DNA from: Chara braunii
Taxonomy: Eukaryota; Plantae; Charophyceae
Direction: 5' to 3'
DNA length: 64,000 nt
Assembly: GCA_003427395.1 (NCBI GenBank)
Contig: BFEA01000028.1
Span: 4,581,198 to 4,645,197 of the forward strand
Both the position numbers and the translations under genes were made by a program. Below the pieces are notes generated by a model that saw only the letters and a list, made by a program, of their open reading frames with translations, made no database searches and had not been told where the DNA came from. How positions within the stretch are numbered: position 1 is the stretch's first letter; each line of letters starts with the position of its first letter. Shown piece by piece: positions 51,141 through 63,900 of the stretch.

Positions 51141-52222
51141 CTTCCGCGCAGTCACCAAAACAGCTTGTAATTGCATTCGAAACTGTGTTTTAGCAGTTTC
51201 GTCACGGCCCGAGTTTCAATTGCAGTTGAAACTCGGCCCTATGCAGTTCAGTCAGGGCCCTCCTCTATCCACGAAAACCAGATAAACAAAAAAAAAAAAA
51301 AAACATCCCTTATGCTGTGATTGCGGTCCGATACAGGATGCTACAGTACTTGTCTGGAACTCAATGAAGCGTGGAATCCGCCCTGCCTGGCTGGCAGGGC
51401 GCTACAGGGACCTCACAACAAGAAACAAAAAAGGAAATCGACCTGTTTCATGTTCCTCACTTCCTGGCCAGATACATTCCTCAAAGCACCGGTGACCTGA
51501 GGGCCTTCCCGACGTAGGTGGATTCGAAGTTCCTCTTTTCTTTACTTTTTTTTTTTCTTTTTTTTTTTTTTNNNNNNNNNNNNNNNNNNNNNNNNNNNNN
51601 NNNNNNNNNNNNNNNNNNNNNNNNNNNNNNNNNNNNNNNNNNNNNNNNNNNNNNNNNNNNNNNNNNNNNNNNNNNNNNNNNNNNNNNNNNNNNNNNNNNN
51701 NNNNNNNNNNNNNNNNNNNNNNNNNNNNNNNNNNNNNNNNNNNNNNNNNNNNNNNNNNNNNNNNNNNNNNNNNNNNNNNNNNNNNNNNNNNNNNNNNNNN
51801 NNNNNNNNNNNNNNNNNNNNNNNNNNNNNNNNNNNNNNNNNNNNNNNNNNNNNNNNNNNNNNNNNNNNNNNNNNNNNNNNNNNNNNNNNNNNNNNNNNNN
51901 NNNNNNNNNNNNNNNNNNNNNNNNNNNNNNNNNNNNNNNNNNNNNNNNNNNNNNNNNNNNNNNNNNNNNNNNNNNNNNNNNNNNNNNNNNNNNNNNNNNN
52001 NAAAAAAAAAGACACAGGAAAGAAAGAAACGGCCATGTGCCTGACTGAACTGCTAGAAAAAGCCAGCCCGAGTTTCAAATGCAATTACAAACTCGGGCCC
52101 TGACTAAACTGCAATCGAAACTCGGGCCCTCACTAAACTGCAATTGAAACTCGGGCCCTAACTAAACTGCTAATAGGCAGTTTCAAATGCAATTACAAAC
52201 TGTAACCCTGACTGCGCCGTAG
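51141..52222. mobile_element. TIR element spanning an assembly gap, with 29-bp subterminal repeats
   Basis: CTTCCGCGCAGTCA..TTGTAATTGCATTCGAAACTG vs CAGTTTCAAATGCAATTACAAACTG..TGACTGCGCCGTAG. AAACTCGGGCCCT(G/C/A)ACTAAACTGC occurs three times. No TSD seen. Confidence 0.65.
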
Positions 52223-52656
52223 TTTTCTCAAGAAAAAAAGAGCCCGATGATAGCTTGTACTACACTCCCACACAGACCACATATATCGATATTTTGAATA
52301 GACCGTCGAAAAATAGCAGAAGGCTACTCCGCATTCCTACGACTCTACGACTGATGGTGTACACGAATGCATCCATTCCCGCCCCATCTTGAATCGTCTC
52401 TCTAGTTTCATCTTTTGTAATTAGAGACGGATTTCTTCTTTTTTTTGAGGACAATATGACAGTTTTATTATACAAACGAGAGCAATCGGGCCTGGCTTCC
52501 GTCGGAAATGCCGTGAGGCCTGGCTGATGGACGAGGCATCACCTGCCAGGTCCAAAATCAGGACCACAAGCAAAATTTTGCTGCAAAAACAAAAAGAAGG
52601 CAGGAGAACGAAGGTATCCAGAAAAGACAATTAGACTGTCTATTCCGAAGCCTGCC

Positions 52657-52688
<32 letters not shown>

Positions 52689-54187
52689 TGGAGTCGGTAT
52701 GTCTGGGCCTAGGCCCTCATCCATGCAAGCACGGAATCCGATTCAAATTTTAAACTGGCCGCCTCGGCCTCAAGAGGCAAGTCCCTTAAACCACTACAGG
52801 CAAGACACGGTGTTCGAAAGTCAAATCGTACCCGTTGTGATATACACCCCGACCCTGCCAGGTTGTAGTGTCCATCAACTCAGCACACACCACACACAAC
52901 ACCCACGGACTCTACCATTTCGAGTGCCTTTGGCCTTCAAGAATCAGCGATTCTCCTTCACTTCTCTCTGTAGTCGGCACGGAACCCCCACTGGTACTCT
53001 GACTGGCTCACCCACCTCACTACTCTACCATCATTCACAAATAACAAAAACAACCAAAAATTACCCACTTTTGCTGCAGAATTACGACGACGTCCTTCAC
53101 TACAGAATGTCTCGAAGAATACCTTTCTTCGGCCTTTTGGCCGGGATCGAGTGTAGTGTCTGTGCTGATCAGTTTAATATTTGATCTGTGGCCCGTTGGG
53201 CCAATTAAAAATCAAACAAAAAACAAAATGTCTCGAAGAGGAGGACTGCAAGTGCAAACAGATCGCACACGTCTACTTTTGATGCCATGTAGCGATGTGG
53301 GGGGATCTGTGTGCACTTGCTCTTCTTCGCTTGGAGACATTGTGTACTGAAGGATGTTCTTGTCTTTCTGCAGCAGAAGTTGGCGATTTTGGTTGTGGCT
53401 TTTTTATTCTTGAACGGTAGTACAGTGGTGAGGTCTCATAGGAAGTTGGAATCGGTCTTGCTTATTTTCTCTCTTGGGTACCGTGGTGGCCCTGCTTCTC
53501 GACTCAGCCGGTGATTCCTCGTCCGTCAGCCGGGCCACACAGCATTTCTTTTTTTTGGGTACCTTCGTGGTCCTGCTTCGTGGTCCTTTGCATCTTGTCC
53601 CGTGGCCAATTTCCTCAATAATTTCTAAATAAAATTCCAAATAAGATTCCAAATATTCTTAATCTTGAGCTCTCTAATCTTGTTTTTTTTCCTAAAGGTA
53701 TTGACAAAACACCTTAATCTCGGGGTTACTGTATTGCTTTAATATGTAAATATCTATAATTCTAAATATCTAAAAAAAAATAAATTAATGATCTCAATCT
53801 TCAGCTCTATAATTCCTTAGCTATTTTGTATTCTGGTTTCTTGATCGTGACTGTGAGACAGAGGGCTGTCTTCAAAGATCCAGCACGATGATTCTTTGCT
53901 AAATTTCTCCAACTTCTAATAATTATAATACCTAATTTCCAAATTTCCTATTGCGCATCCAAGAGGAGCGTAGTGGGGTAACTTCACTTAGTATTTAAGT
54001 AGCTGTCCTAGGTTTCCTTAGCTTCCTGTTTTGTAGCCTTAGTTTGAATAGGTAGGGTTTAGGTAGGATCCATAGGAGACTGGTTTGTGTGGTTTTGGCT
54101 GGACTGTGGCTTTAAATTTGCTTTATCTTAGACAGTTGAGGTGGGTGGCTGTAGGCTTGGGGCAGTTCCTTTTCTGAGGTGGTAGGA

Positions 54188-54675
54188 GGGGCTCGTTAGA
54201 CACTCCTATTGAAATCCTCGGGCAAAAGGAAAATTTCCTTTTGGTTCAAAAGGAAATTTGGGCCTTTCTTTCCACCTGTCCTCGGAGACGTCGCCGGAGG
54301 ACATTTCCTTCGAGCGATGTCAGAAAAGACAAAAGAAAAGAAAAGAAAAATCAAATGTGCTTGAGGCCTTAAGCCAATAGGGTGCCACCACTATCCAGAT
54401 TCTCGGTTGCAACGTCTCTCTACCCATGTACCCGCTCCTCTCGGCGAAACGCGGATTCCTTTTGCCCCTCTCCGTGAAACGCGGATTCCTTTTGCCCAAG
54501 GGACCTCGTGAGGTCCCTTGGGCAAAAGGAAGAAATGGCTGGGGAATCCTCGGAGCGCAAGCAATTTCCTTCGGAGTGTTTTCACTTCTTTTTTTTCCGA
54601 CTGCATCCCCGAGGAAAGGTGGAACGAACAATTCCTCAGGGACTTTATGCGCCCGAGGAGTGTTGAACGAGCCCC
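54188..54675. mobile_element. PIF/Harbinger-like MITE
   Basis: TIR GGGGCTCGTTAGACACTCCT / AGGAGTGTTGAACGAGCCCC, 3-bp TSD GGA. Confidence 0.75.
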
Positions 54676-54909
54676 GGAATTGTGGAGTTTTCCTTTAAAT
54701 TTCTTGACCTGAGGATTTACCTCTTCAGCATTTCAGGTTGTGTGGCTTTTTAGGACTGTGGCGGTTATTTCTCTTGGTGGTTCTTGGGTTGTAAGGATTT
54801 TCAGGCCTGTGGCAACTGTTTATTCCAGGATCGGAAAGTATCAGGACAGCGGTCTGGTTTTTGCCATTTCTGAATCTGGATCGTAGGCCTATGCCTACAA
54901 GGTTACACC

Positions 54910-55400
54910 TTTTTTTTTTTTTTTTTTTGAAAAGACAGGCTCCGTCTATGGGTGGGGAGCAACACCTGCTGGAAACCGGGTCCAGCGTCCCGTGAATCCA
55001 TCGTGATATTTATTTGTACAGACTGGGAACCGGGCCCAATGTCCCTTTGAATGAAAAAAGAAATTCCTGAGAGAAGTCTAGAGCCGATCAGCTCATGAGA
55101 CTAATTAGGCATCTATTGAAGTAAAGATTGCAGAACAATTTATTTTTTGGAACCGAGACTTCTTGTAGTTTTTCAACTTGAAGACAATTAGGGATCTCAG
55201 TAGCTCCAAAATTCTTAGTAGGCTTCTAGTTTCATCTTCATGGAATTTTCTGATGACTTTTCTGAATGTGCTCGTTATGGGACGCTGGGCCCGGTTCCCA
55301 GTTTGTGCCAATTTGTGAGGATATGGTTGTATCTATGGGACGCTGGACCCGGTTTCCAGCAGGTGTTGCTCCCCACCAATAGATGGAGCTTGTGTTAAAN
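54910..55400. mobile_element. Divergently oriented pair of retroposon module copies
   Basis: Minus copy at 54938-54991 (T-run 54909-54928) and plus copy at 55337-55389. Each has an upstream partial GGGAC..TGGGCCCGGTTCCCAGT (55022-55045 and 55279-55302). Confidence 0.8.
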
Positions 55401-56430
55401 NNNNNNNNNNNNNNNNNNNNCCCCGCCTGTCAACCCGAACAGACTGTCCCCTTGCCGACTACCTGCCTCCACCGAAGGTCAACCCCCCAATCTACCCCAG
55501 CCCCAGAGTAGCACAACCCACAATTACTGCCCTTACCCCTCGGATGCAGCACTTCCCTCCAATATGCTGCTGCCTCAGGGTAAGCTGGGTAATGGTCCCT
55601 GTCAAGACTTTCTTTTTCTTATTCCGGGTTGTTTGCTGAGAATTCCCGGCCGCTCCCTTTTTGGTGTGGGTAATCAAATGAGCATTGCCAAGTCTTTTTG
55701 TAAGAAAAACAACAACAAAAAATCACTTATTTTACACATAAATTTCTACATTACTTAATTTCTAATTTTCTACATTACTTAACTTCTACATTACTGAATT
55801 CCGATTTGCCTCTTTGTGGGTTATTTTTTCACTTCTTGTGGCTTGGTGGGTTGATTTGTGAGGGAGAGCTGGGGGGAGGATTTTGAGGAGGGGAGCAGTA
55901 TCCTTCAGGGGCTTCACAAGGAGGGAGGTGAATGCCCTGTAGGGGGTAGCGGCAGATAAGGGGCTGCTTTATTCTGGGGCTGGGATAAGATGTCATGACA
56001 GTATGATATCCTCCCAGAGGCAGATAAAGGCAGGGGGCTGTCAGGGGCATACTTTGGGTGGGAACTGGATGGCCTTGAGGGAACTGGGGGAGAAGGCAGG
56101 GTGTCCCCTGCTGGGGCTGAAATGGAGCAGCTGTGATTAGGGCATTCCGTATTGTAAGGGGCAGCATCGGGGCAAGGGGAGAGGGAGGGGAGGCGGCATT
56201 CTAGAGGGGAGGCTGGGAGTTTTGCTCAGGTATTGTGAAGCCAGGTTCTGCTCATGTAGCTCAGAGCATTTTCATAGATTATTATCATCATCATCATCTT
56301 GGCTTTTCCACACATGTCCAGTTAACCCCCCAGATTAACTGGGGTAGTCATTTTAACTGGGTTAGTCAATGCTGGGAGGAAGTTCCAAGAGTAGTTGTAA
56401 TTCTTCAATGAGTGTTCTTGTATCTAGGGG

Positions 56431-56685
56431 GGGACGCTGGACCCGCTTTCCAGCAAGTGCAGCTCTGCACAAGTGGACTGGAGCAGCCAGAATCTTTACC
56501 AGGGAGGTTTGCTCTTATCATCCTCCCTAGTCATGCGATTCTGGTCTTTTCTTTAAAAAAAAACAAAAGAAAAAGAAGGAATGTACAGGGGGTGATACAA
56601 GCATTCCCCCTTAGCACCCTCATCAGATGGCTCCTGTCTATTGGTGGGGAGCAGCACCTGCTGGAAATAGGTTCCAGCTTCCCAT
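56431..56685. mobile_element. Tail-to-tail pair of retroposon module copies
   Basis: Plus copy at 56431-56575 with TGCTCTTATCA loop and A-tail; minus copy at about 56582-56683 with TGCTTGTATCA loop. Confidence 0.8.
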
Positions 56686-59553
56686 ACAGAAAGGATACAT
56701 GAAAAGATGCATGAAGAATGTACATCACCCCTGTGATTTCTGATTCCTCTGACTGCTTCAGTTTTGTCTCCGCCATGGTCTCCCCAGGCTGTAGAGGAGG
56801 TTTGGGCAAATCATGTAACCTCTTACACTGCACTTGAGAGACGTTAGCCTCTGTGACAGCCAGACCCACCACGATAACTTTCGTCTCTTCTGGTCGTTCC
56901 ACCCCTGTCTGTACTGTCTGGGCTGTTAGTTCTATTGCTGTCCCTGACTCGGGGACTGGGGTAGTGTCATGTGGACGATCCTGGGACGGCACGGCTTTCT
57001 CGCACCAGGCCCGGGGTTGTGACTGTGGATGACATCCCGGGTTCATTGTTCTTCGGCCCCTGAGTTTCGAGGTGCGTTTTCCTCCATGCCTTTCCCCATA
57101 GTTTGGCCGATCGTGTTCTTGACTTGCTCCATTCTCCTCTTTCTCAGCAGCGAGGGGTCCGCATTTTCGTCCTCATCCTCCCTCGCGCGGAAATCCTACG
57201 CCTATTCAGATTCCTTTAGCAAATTCACTGAGCTTTCCAAGGCGGATTTGGGAACACTCGTGTACAAGAAAGGACACGTGCGGCCACACATTCCGGAGTT
57301 CCCAACTGCCAAACAAAAGTTCTAGCACGCTTGATAAGGCGTGCGTAATTCCTACCTAAATTCATTGTTTTTGAAGAAAAACAAAAGAAAATTCCAAGAA
57401 AACAAAGAGTACTTTGAAGTGGGAGGGCCTCGACGGCCATTGATTCCACGGATTACCCATCTCGTCAAAAAGGAGGTGCTCAAAGCCCATTAGAGACAAA
57501 AAGAAGAGTAGCAGAACCTAGGGCTTCAGAAGCTCATTCAAGCATGGAAGTTGGTGCGTCACAGACATGTCTTCTTTCAGAACTGCTATGTACTCATATT
57601 CGGACATCAGCCGAAGGCACCAAAGGAAAGGAAACGGCCTTGTCCCAGTGAGACCATGAATCATGCAGCCAACTCTGACTTGGGAAACAGGATAGCACAG
57701 CCTGTCTTTTGAAAAAAGACAAAGGGCCTCGCTCCACTACTGTCCGCTGTAAGAATTTTTGGGAAGTGTGTGGACAGTAGTCAGAGCTAGAAAAAACTGC
57801 ATTTAAGCAGCGGCGCTCCACTTACTGTCCACTGTACAACTCTCCAATTTGTGACTTCACTACCAGACACCGTGACAGCACTACTAAACACGGCATCAAT
57901 AGGGTTTTGTCCGCCCATACTCCAGAATCGCTGTCCAAAAAGGACTTGGGTCCGTGTAGTGGACCTCTGGTTGGCCTGTGAGACCAGCCCCTTGGCCTGG
58001 CCTGTTATCACAGCTGTGTTGTATTCGGGGTAGTCCAGTCCAGGCCGGTACCTCTGTTGGTACCAGCCAGTCCAGTCCAGTCCCGTCAGTCCGCTGGGGT
58101 ATACCCCAGCTGATGTCTGTTTTCCGGATCATTCTACATTCGCACATCTTGGAGTAAGTGCGTTGGAGTCTCGCGTGGGAGCTGCGCTGTGCCATCCCGC
58201 TCCCCCTTCATCCTCTATCTCCATCTCTGTCCCAGGCGGAGCACTACTCCGGGTGGGTCCGCCACACTGGTATTGGAGCGGGAATGCTCCCCGCTCCCAC
58301 TCGCCACATCGCACAGCAGGGAAAACAGCAAAAACCGACAACGGGTTTTTTCGCTGTTTTTTGGCTGTTTGCAGCTGAAAACAGCTGGAAAATTTGAGAA
58401 AAAGGCGTAGCAGCAAGGAGCGCCACGTGGCGCAAAAAGACAAGCGGCGTCATGACGCCCGCGCCAAGGCCAAGGCCACCGCACACGCACACGTGCCATG
58501 CGCCCACGCTGCCCCGCTGCCCCGCCCCGCTCCCGGATTTTATATTATCAAGATTTGGGATGCACGTTGTCACCAGGGTCTAAACCTAGGCAGCTGCTGG
58601 CTATGCGTGTGCGTAGCTGCTGCCATAACATACTCGCCATAGTGTGTGTATGGCTTTGTAGTGAGGCACGCAGCTGTTGAAGAGGTGCGTGCCAGCTNTT
58701 TNCCCCCCNCCCCCCCCNNCNNCCNNCNATTTNNCCCCCCCCCCCCCCGTGGCTGCTGCTGCCTGCGCACGTGGCCATCTGCAGTGCCACGTGGCAGCTT
58801 GCTGTGGAACTGAAGACCCCCCTGCTCAGGGGGCTGCTCTACACTGGTGAGGGTCTGCTCAAACAACATACCCTGGATCCGTAGATCTGCAGTACTGCTG
58901 CTAGGGGCTGATCAAGATCTCAGCCCCCCGTCTCCTCCAATTGGCTTGCGGCAGCGAAGGCCAAGACCCTCCTGATCTTGGTATACCTTGTGCGCTTGGA
59001 GACACCAAGGACCAGGTATCACCTTTCTCTTCCTTCTCCCTACTAACCCACTTTCCCTACCTTTTCTCTCTCCTCTTACTCACCCCCTCTACTTCTTCCT
59101 CTTCTACCTCACTCCCTTCCTCCTACTCACCCTCACTGCTCATACCCCTCTTCCCATTTTTTTTATTCATTTATTTCCTTTTCTTTCTCTTTTTTTCTCT
59201 TTGCTTCTTGATCCCTCTCCACCTTTCCCATCCCTTTCTCTCTCATTCTCTCACCCTCCTCTCCCCCAACTACAACCCCATCTCTTCCCCCATCTCCCCC
59301 TTCACTCTTTTTCTCTCTCCCACCCATTTCTCTCTTTTCTCCTTCACTTTTCTGTCCCCCTTCCCTCCTACTTCAAAATATTTATGTTTTTTTTTTCATT
59401 CTTTCTATCTTTCTTTTGATTTACCTTTTCTCTTTTTCCAAAAATTCGAATTATCTTATTCCCCACTTTCTTTTCTTATTTTTTTATTTATTTTATTTTA
59501 TTTTATTCTAAAAATTTGAATTTCCTCGAGGCACCCTTAAATCTGATTAGGAT

Positions 59554-59858
59554 CTGTACAGCATCATATTCACGTTCGGTGACCGAACCCGAACGTTCGG
59601 GACTGAACGCGAACGAGCGTCGAAACTCTCCGAACGCGAACATAAAAACATTAAAAAAAAAAAAAAAAACGTTCTACGTTCGCCTTGGAGGTATGGTCAA
59701 ATTCGTAACCAAACTCGAGTTAAAAATCAAAAACCAATTTTTTTTTTTTATTATTTTTTTTTTTAATATGTTCGGCCAAACGTGGTGGCGTTCGGCCGAA
59801 CACCCGAACATGTTCGGACGTTCGGAAAAGCTCCGAACATGTTCGGTGTGCTACACAG
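59554..59858. mobile_element. MITE (CT-terminal family, 8-bp TSD)
   Basis: CTGTACAGCA / TGCTACACAG, TSD ATTAGGAT / ATTAGGAG, CGAAC/GTTCG subterminal repeats. Confidence 0.75.
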
Positions 59859-59879
59859 ATTAGGAGTTAGTTATTCTTG

Positions 59880-60275
59880 CTTTTGGCACACGTTCCGAAC
59901 CCGTGGGGGTAACGAAGTGCTGTCAAAATTTTCTGTTTTTCTTTCACTTAGTTTTTTTCAGCACATTTTGATCCCTTTGGCCCTTCGGGATAGCGAGGTG
60001 CTGGCAAAATCTTCTCATTTTACTTAGTCTTTCTTCTTGACGGCACACTTCGCCCCCATGGGGGTAACGAAATGCCGCCAAAATTTTTGAAAAATCCAAC
60101 ACTTAATTTCTCTTCACCTCCTCATCTACTTACTTATTTATTTATTTATAAGTTATTTATTTTTTTTGAAAATTTTAATTTGCGACATTTTAAAACCTAG
60201 TGTGCTTATCTTGGTCTCTCCTTTCCCTCGGCACATTCTTGATCCCATGGGGGGTAGGGAAATGTTGCTGAAAAT
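59880..60275. repeat. Four ~50-nt imperfect hairpin repeats separated by AT-rich spacers
   Basis: (G/A)GCACA..CCC..GGG.TA.CGA..TGC.G.CAAAA-type motif at about 59881, 59956, 60038 and 60228. Confidence 0.7.
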
Positions 60276-60707
60276 TTTAAAAAAATAAATATTATTTATC
60301 TCTACACATTTTGTTTTTTTATTTCTTTAATTATTTTTATTATATATTTATTTTCTTATTTATTTTTATTTTTTTCTCGAATTTTCGTTGTTTATTTATT
60401 TTTCCTCCCGCCTCCCCCCCTATGCTTGTTATTTTATTTTCTTGATTAGGTCACCGGTATCCTACCCTAACCACTCAAACTCCGGTTAGGGTTTTCTTAG
60501 GGTTTTTCTAGGGTTTAGGGTTCTCCTAACCCCCCTACTTTCCCTTCTCATTCAGGCACCCTGGATCCGAACCACGCCTCCCCCTTTCACGGTGCCCACG
60601 CTCGATTTATTAGCGCCGCCCGTCGCCTTCTATCGCAGACCTCCCCCTACGCCTTCCGCTTACGCGGACCTCTTCCGACCCTCTCTAGTCCGGCCTGTTA
60701 CCTCCCC

Positions 60708-61430
60708 ATGGCCGATGACGTGTCACAAGCCGCCGAGGCGGCGACGACCTCGGCACCGGGCTCCACACCCGTGCCGACGGACCAGGGTCATCAGCCCCAG
60801 GGGGATCTGTACACCCTTATCACCTCCCTCCTTGCGCCCTTACAGGCGCAAGTGGCGACTCTTGTCGCTGGCCTGCGGCAACTCCAGGATGCTGGTCGTC
60901 CTTCCTCTCCTCCCTCTCTCTCTTCTCCTAGCTCCCAGTCCGAGTCCCCCGTCCTCCGACATGGTGGCCACGACGGAGCTTCCTCCTCTACGACCCCCGA
61001 CCCGACCATCCTGATGACCGTCCACGCTCCTCGCCCTACGGCCGCCACGGGCCAGACCCTCCCTCTCTCTACGGGCGTACCCGCCGAGATTCCGATCACT
61101 ACGGCCACGGGACCACAACCCGCTATCGTGGTCTCAGCTTTTCCGGGTGCCCCGTTTCTCTCCCCCCTTCGCACGACCACAGCGTCACCTAACTCTCCCC
61201 CCTGTGGGATGCNCCGCACCGCTCGTGCGTCCACTTCCCCCACTCTTCCTCCTGCCACTCCTCGCTCAATCTACGTTCGACGCCTCGAGGACGAGCTTGC
61301 CCAGACTCGGGCCGACCTCGCCCTCTTACACCTTCAGCCACCCCTACCCTCGCAAGTGGCCGTGTCGGGCGGGCGCAAACCAGTCGGTCACCCGAAATAC
61401 AAAAGGTTGAGCCTTGGGTTAAATGCCTAG
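60708..61430 (+). pseudogene. S/T/P-rich ORF, probably the truncated 5' ORF of a transposon
   Basis: Real ATG, 240 aa with short coiled-coil segments (LQAQVATLVAGLRQLQ; RRLEDELAQTRADL), downstream of telo-box-like TAGGGTT repeats. No recognisable domain. Confidence 0.35.
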
Positions 61431-62049
61431 GGGAGAACCAACTGACACTATCATCAGAGCCGTCGGGAAAAATTAGGGGTCGGGTAGGGATCCCTAAAAT
61501 CCCCCCCATCAATTAAAAAACTGACCCTTGAAATCAACATGATGAACAGTCGGGCTTGCCGCGCCTAACTCCTACCATTTTTGTTCGTTCCGAGGGTGTT
61601 CCCGAAGCTGCTGGCTGCGGAACTGAGATATAGTGCTAGGCCTCGGCGCACTTCTTTTGCATCAGACAATTGACAAGGGAATGAACCCTCAATTATTGCA
61701 AATTTTAATAACCAAATCAATTTTATTTTTTTAAAATAAAAATAATAAAATGAAAGAAAATAACGGGATATTCGCTATTTAATTAAATTTCATCGGAATT
61801 TAACCTTGATAAAATTGTCCTCTATTTTCATTGATTCATATGGTGGAATTAATAATGAGTAAAATATTTAGAAATAATAAAAGAGAAGAAAACAGATGAT
61901 TATTTATTATTTGATTAATTTTTGACGAGATTTATTATTGATGGGATTTTGGCTGAAAATCATTTATTTACCTTTTGTCCATAGATCCATGCAAGTCCCC
62001 TTGATTTTCCGGATCCGCCTGATTACTACCCCCGCGATGGCCAAGAGTT

Positions 62050-63900
62050 ATTGAGTGAGCGGGACCGATTTTGGGTTGCGGGTCAGCATGGTGAGAGAAC
62101 AGGTTACGCGGCCTTATCATTTTGATGCGGGGACAAGTTTGGAACAAACACCAAACATTGGTTCGGGACAGGTACGGTTCTTGACGGTACTGGCATGGTG
62201 GATCTGCTGCACACTACGGTACGCTGCGTTGGTACAACATGGATATGAGCTAACTCAGTTCACGGTTGAGGCTGCCAATATGGTCGCCCCGGTACAGTAC
62301 AAGTTTGGTGTTGCTACGGGTTCTACTACAGGGATGGGCCGTGTGGTGTTACTATTTTGGTATGGACATTGGAACTGGTATGGTAACGGTACAATGCGGC
62401 TGCAATTAGAAATAACCTGCGTAGCACGGCGAACGTGTTCGCGCCCCTTCATGTTCGCGCGAACGTGTTCGCGCATTCGCGCGAACAGCTCGCTAACATG
62501 TTCGGGCGAACATAATCTTTTTCCGTAAAAAATAAAATAAAATAAAATAAAAATAAAAATAAAAAAATAAAAAAATAAAATGGTTTTTGATTTTTAAACT
62601 TATGATTGGCTACGAATTTGAACATGACTCCTAGGCAAAAGTTGCTTGTATTGTTATTTTACATGACATATATGTTTTTCAGATTTTTTTGAGAATGTTT
62701 TTTTTTTTTTTTTTTTTTTTAATAAATTTTATGTTCGCGTTCGGAAGGTTTTGGGCGCTTGTTTGCGTTCGGGCGAACATGTTCGCGTTCGCCTCCGAAC
62801 GCGAACACGGTGCTACGTAGGAAATAACTATGTCAAGCTCGACACTTTTGCTTTGGTATGGTCACTAGAATGGGACGTCGTAACGAGGCGCGGTACTATG
62901 GTTTGATGAATCCGGCATGTCACACTTGCGTTTTGGGTCTGTTGTGAATTGTACCCTCCTAATGGTATTGGGTTGACACGACCTGCCGTAAAATTGGCAC
63001 TATTATTCTGGTGTGGATACTGGTTAGGAACTTGCTGCTCGGTATGATATTTGATCTGGTAACGGTGGTACTGCTGTTGTGACACAATTCGCTGCGGAGC
63101 GCGTCGGATTCGATGTTGTTGTCGCACATTGGTATATCGCGAGTTGTTGGACCAAGACTGTGTGGTATTGAAGCACTAGGTTCATTTTCCCTGTTTTGGC
63201 CACTTGGACTGACGGGTCAGGGTTAGTACCGCCAGACGAACCTTGATATGTTCCCAGGCCCAGGATTCAGAGCCACGAACACGGACATGGGCCTGGTGGT
63301 AAGTTCGTGGAGGCGAGGCCCGCATTTACAGACAGGAGATAGAAAGTGTCTGTGAGAAGGGAGGGGGATTCGGGCAGGCCAGTGTTCGGAGTGTGCCAGG
63401 CGTACACAACTACTACTGGGGTCCGTTCGACGAGCGCAGGAGAAGGGACGTGTAGGGAGGGAGAGCAAGGCGTTCCCAGCCCATGCGTCAGAGTCCTGGA
63501 AACACGCGCTCTTCGAGGGGGATCAGCAAGAGGAGGGGAGACTAGCGAGGTGCGCTAAGCGAATTCGACCACTGTGAGGTGCGCCCACAGGACGCTGTTC
63601 GGGAAAACGTGAGGGGGAGGTTTCCAATGGTGCGCGCTAGGCGTGCACAATGGCGTATCGCTCGAAGGAATCATTCCAAAAAAGAAGTGCAGAGAGGAGT
63701 CCCAGAGCGATCGCGTGAACGGAAGAGAAAGGCGCACCTGAGGAGAAATCGCAGTGGCAAGCCCTGCTCGGCGTGGATCTGGGTGATGGGTAATGGACAA
63801 GGAGAAACATGAGCTCGTTGATCGCAGTTGGGGCTTTGAATCGAACATCTGATCCTACGTTGAAGTCACACATGAGCTGCTGATGGGCTGAGAAGGCTGT
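62050..63900 (-). pseudogene. Decayed Q/P/Y/N-rich coding remnant split by the MITE, possibly retrotransposon gag-like
   Basis: Minus-strand fragments of similar composition lie on both sides of the MITE (PLPYQFQCPYQNSN; QQYHRYQIKYHTEQQVPNQY). No diagnostic motif. Confidence 0.25.
62417..62820. mobile_element. MITE (CT-terminal family) with perfect 8-bp TSD; partial copy at about 33316-33402
   Basis: TIR CTGCGTAGCAC / GTGCTACGTAG, TSD GAAATAAC at 62409-62416 and 62821-62828. Confidence 0.9.

Noticed and set aside
58941-59519. Membrane protein (F/L/S-rich ORF)
   Set aside because: Polypyrimidine low-complexity tract.
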